Below, in pieces: positions 62,708-64,000 of a stretch of DNA of 64,000 nucleotides. The translations under genes and the position numbers were made by a program. Below the pieces are notes generated by a model, which was given only the letters and a program-made list of their open reading frames with translations, did not search any database and was not told the DNA's origin. Every line of letters begins with the position of its first letter. The first letter of the stretch is position 1. The DNA is from Amphiscolops sp. MND2022 (Eukaryota), in contig OZ076409.1 of NCBI GenBank assembly GCA_964187785.1, positions 6,326,001 to 6,390,000 on the forward strand, given 5' to 3'.

Positions 62708-62969
62708 GGAAGAGAATGTTGAATGAATCATTCGTTTACAAGGTGGCCCTTCAGAAACTGGACACTTATTTTGTTCGATAAAACCTGAAAACCAAATACG
62801 AGTAAACGAAACATCAAAACAAGTTCATAAAACAAATGTGAACTTGATTTAAGCTGTCAATAAAAAATGAGAAGTTAATTTTAAGCTGTCTCATTTCAGG
62901 AATTGTATAACAAAACAGCAAGGTATATAATAATAGGGGATGATAAGATATTTGACGAGCTTCAGTGCA

Positions 62970-63240
62970 TACCCTTTAGTGTGAAATCTCTTGAAACTCT
63001 TACCAAGAATCCTACATATTCCTGAAACTCTTGGACTCTTGGTAAGAACATTGGCAAGATTCATACCAAGAGCGCCAAGAATATGTACAAATCGCAAGAT
63101 CTTGCCGAGAACATCAAGAAAATGGCTAATTTTTTTGACCGAATAGAAGCACAAAAAGCGTTGTTAGTACAGAAATCATCTCAGGAAAAACCAAGAAGTA
63201 TCAAGAATCTTGTCAAGAAATCCAGGAAAAGCGAATAATG
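62970..63240. repeat. Decayed relative of the 18503-19447 element
   Basis: AGTGTGAAATCTCTTGAAACTCTT start and TCTTG/CAAGA arrays. Confidence 0.45.
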
Positions 63241-64000
63241 AGCTGGAACGAAACAAAAGATCTCAATATTCCCGTTTACAACCTAGACAACCGCAAAAAA
63301 AATCTGAACAACAAAAAGTTCGGGAAGGCAGTCTAGAGTCACTGGAAATAAGATTTATAGGCATCGAAAAGTCGATCAGATTGTTGTCGGATATGGTTTC
63401 CAACCGCAAGCAAAGTTTGCAGCTATCTCAAACCATATTCCGTTTATTGAGTTTGGAAGATCTCAGCTGGTAAAACCATTTTGATTCCACGGGACATAAC
63501 AAAATCGGGATACATAATTGTTTACTGTGAGGTTCAAAAGCGTAAAGTTTTTTGAATTTGCAAAAAGACACTATTGTTCAAATTTTATCAAAATTTCAAG
63601 ACAAAAATGTTCATTTTGAAAAATTTCAAGGCCAAAAATTGTAAAAGGGGGACCCTTGGGTTTTTTGAAAATCCAGTTTGTTGCAAAATATCGAAAAAAT
63701 GAAGGGGGCCCTTTGGAGACTTCAAAAAATTTTCGAGAAAAAGTCTCACAAAGCTGGAAAAAATTGAATGGGGTTGGACCCCTTAGTCTTGTCCGGTTTT
63801 GCAAATGCACGAAAAAGATTTTGCAATTACACGAAAATGGTTTGTCCATGAAGCAGGGACTCGAACCCGCGACCGCTATGTTCCCCCTAAACTGAAAAAC
63901 CTCTGTACCAAAAAGTTGTACATACAGTCTGAGCTGTGTGGTCCGACGAGAACAAAGAAAAAAACTAGCCACTGTAATAGTCGGGCACTTTTTGTCAAAA

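Overview
AT-rich, intron-containing eukaryotic (probably invertebrate animal) DNA dominated by transposable elements. A candidate + strand host gene (four phase-compatible exons, one with polyQ/coiled-coil) is spread over 16.3-56.8 kb. One of its introns holds a 27.8-kb nest. The outer element is a ~6-kb Ty3/Gypsy (Gypsy-B, 253-bp LTRs, TSD TGCGC), interrupted by a 5.2-kb non-autonomous BEL/Pao element (TSD CCAGT) and an unusual 16.7-kb Gypsy (Gypsy-C, 1677-bp LTRs, TSD ATAGG). Gypsy-C is the main finding. Between pol and the 3' LTR it carries an apparently intact antisense six-exon GT-AG gene (~1074 aa) with a BED-like zinc finger and hAT-transposase-like traces, a divergent 342-aa ORF running into the 3' LTR, and arrays of a CpG-containing motif. 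Its gag starts inside the LTR with an MGNKRS myristoylation-like N-terminus. The window also has a recent ~6.1-kb tandem duplication of a decayed Gypsy plus solo LTR, a 5'-deleted Gypsy with an open 1477-aa ORF, a Tc1 relic, MITEs, Helentron-like repeats and a 190-bp foldback of a tRNA-derived SINE. All calls are by eye; no searches were run.
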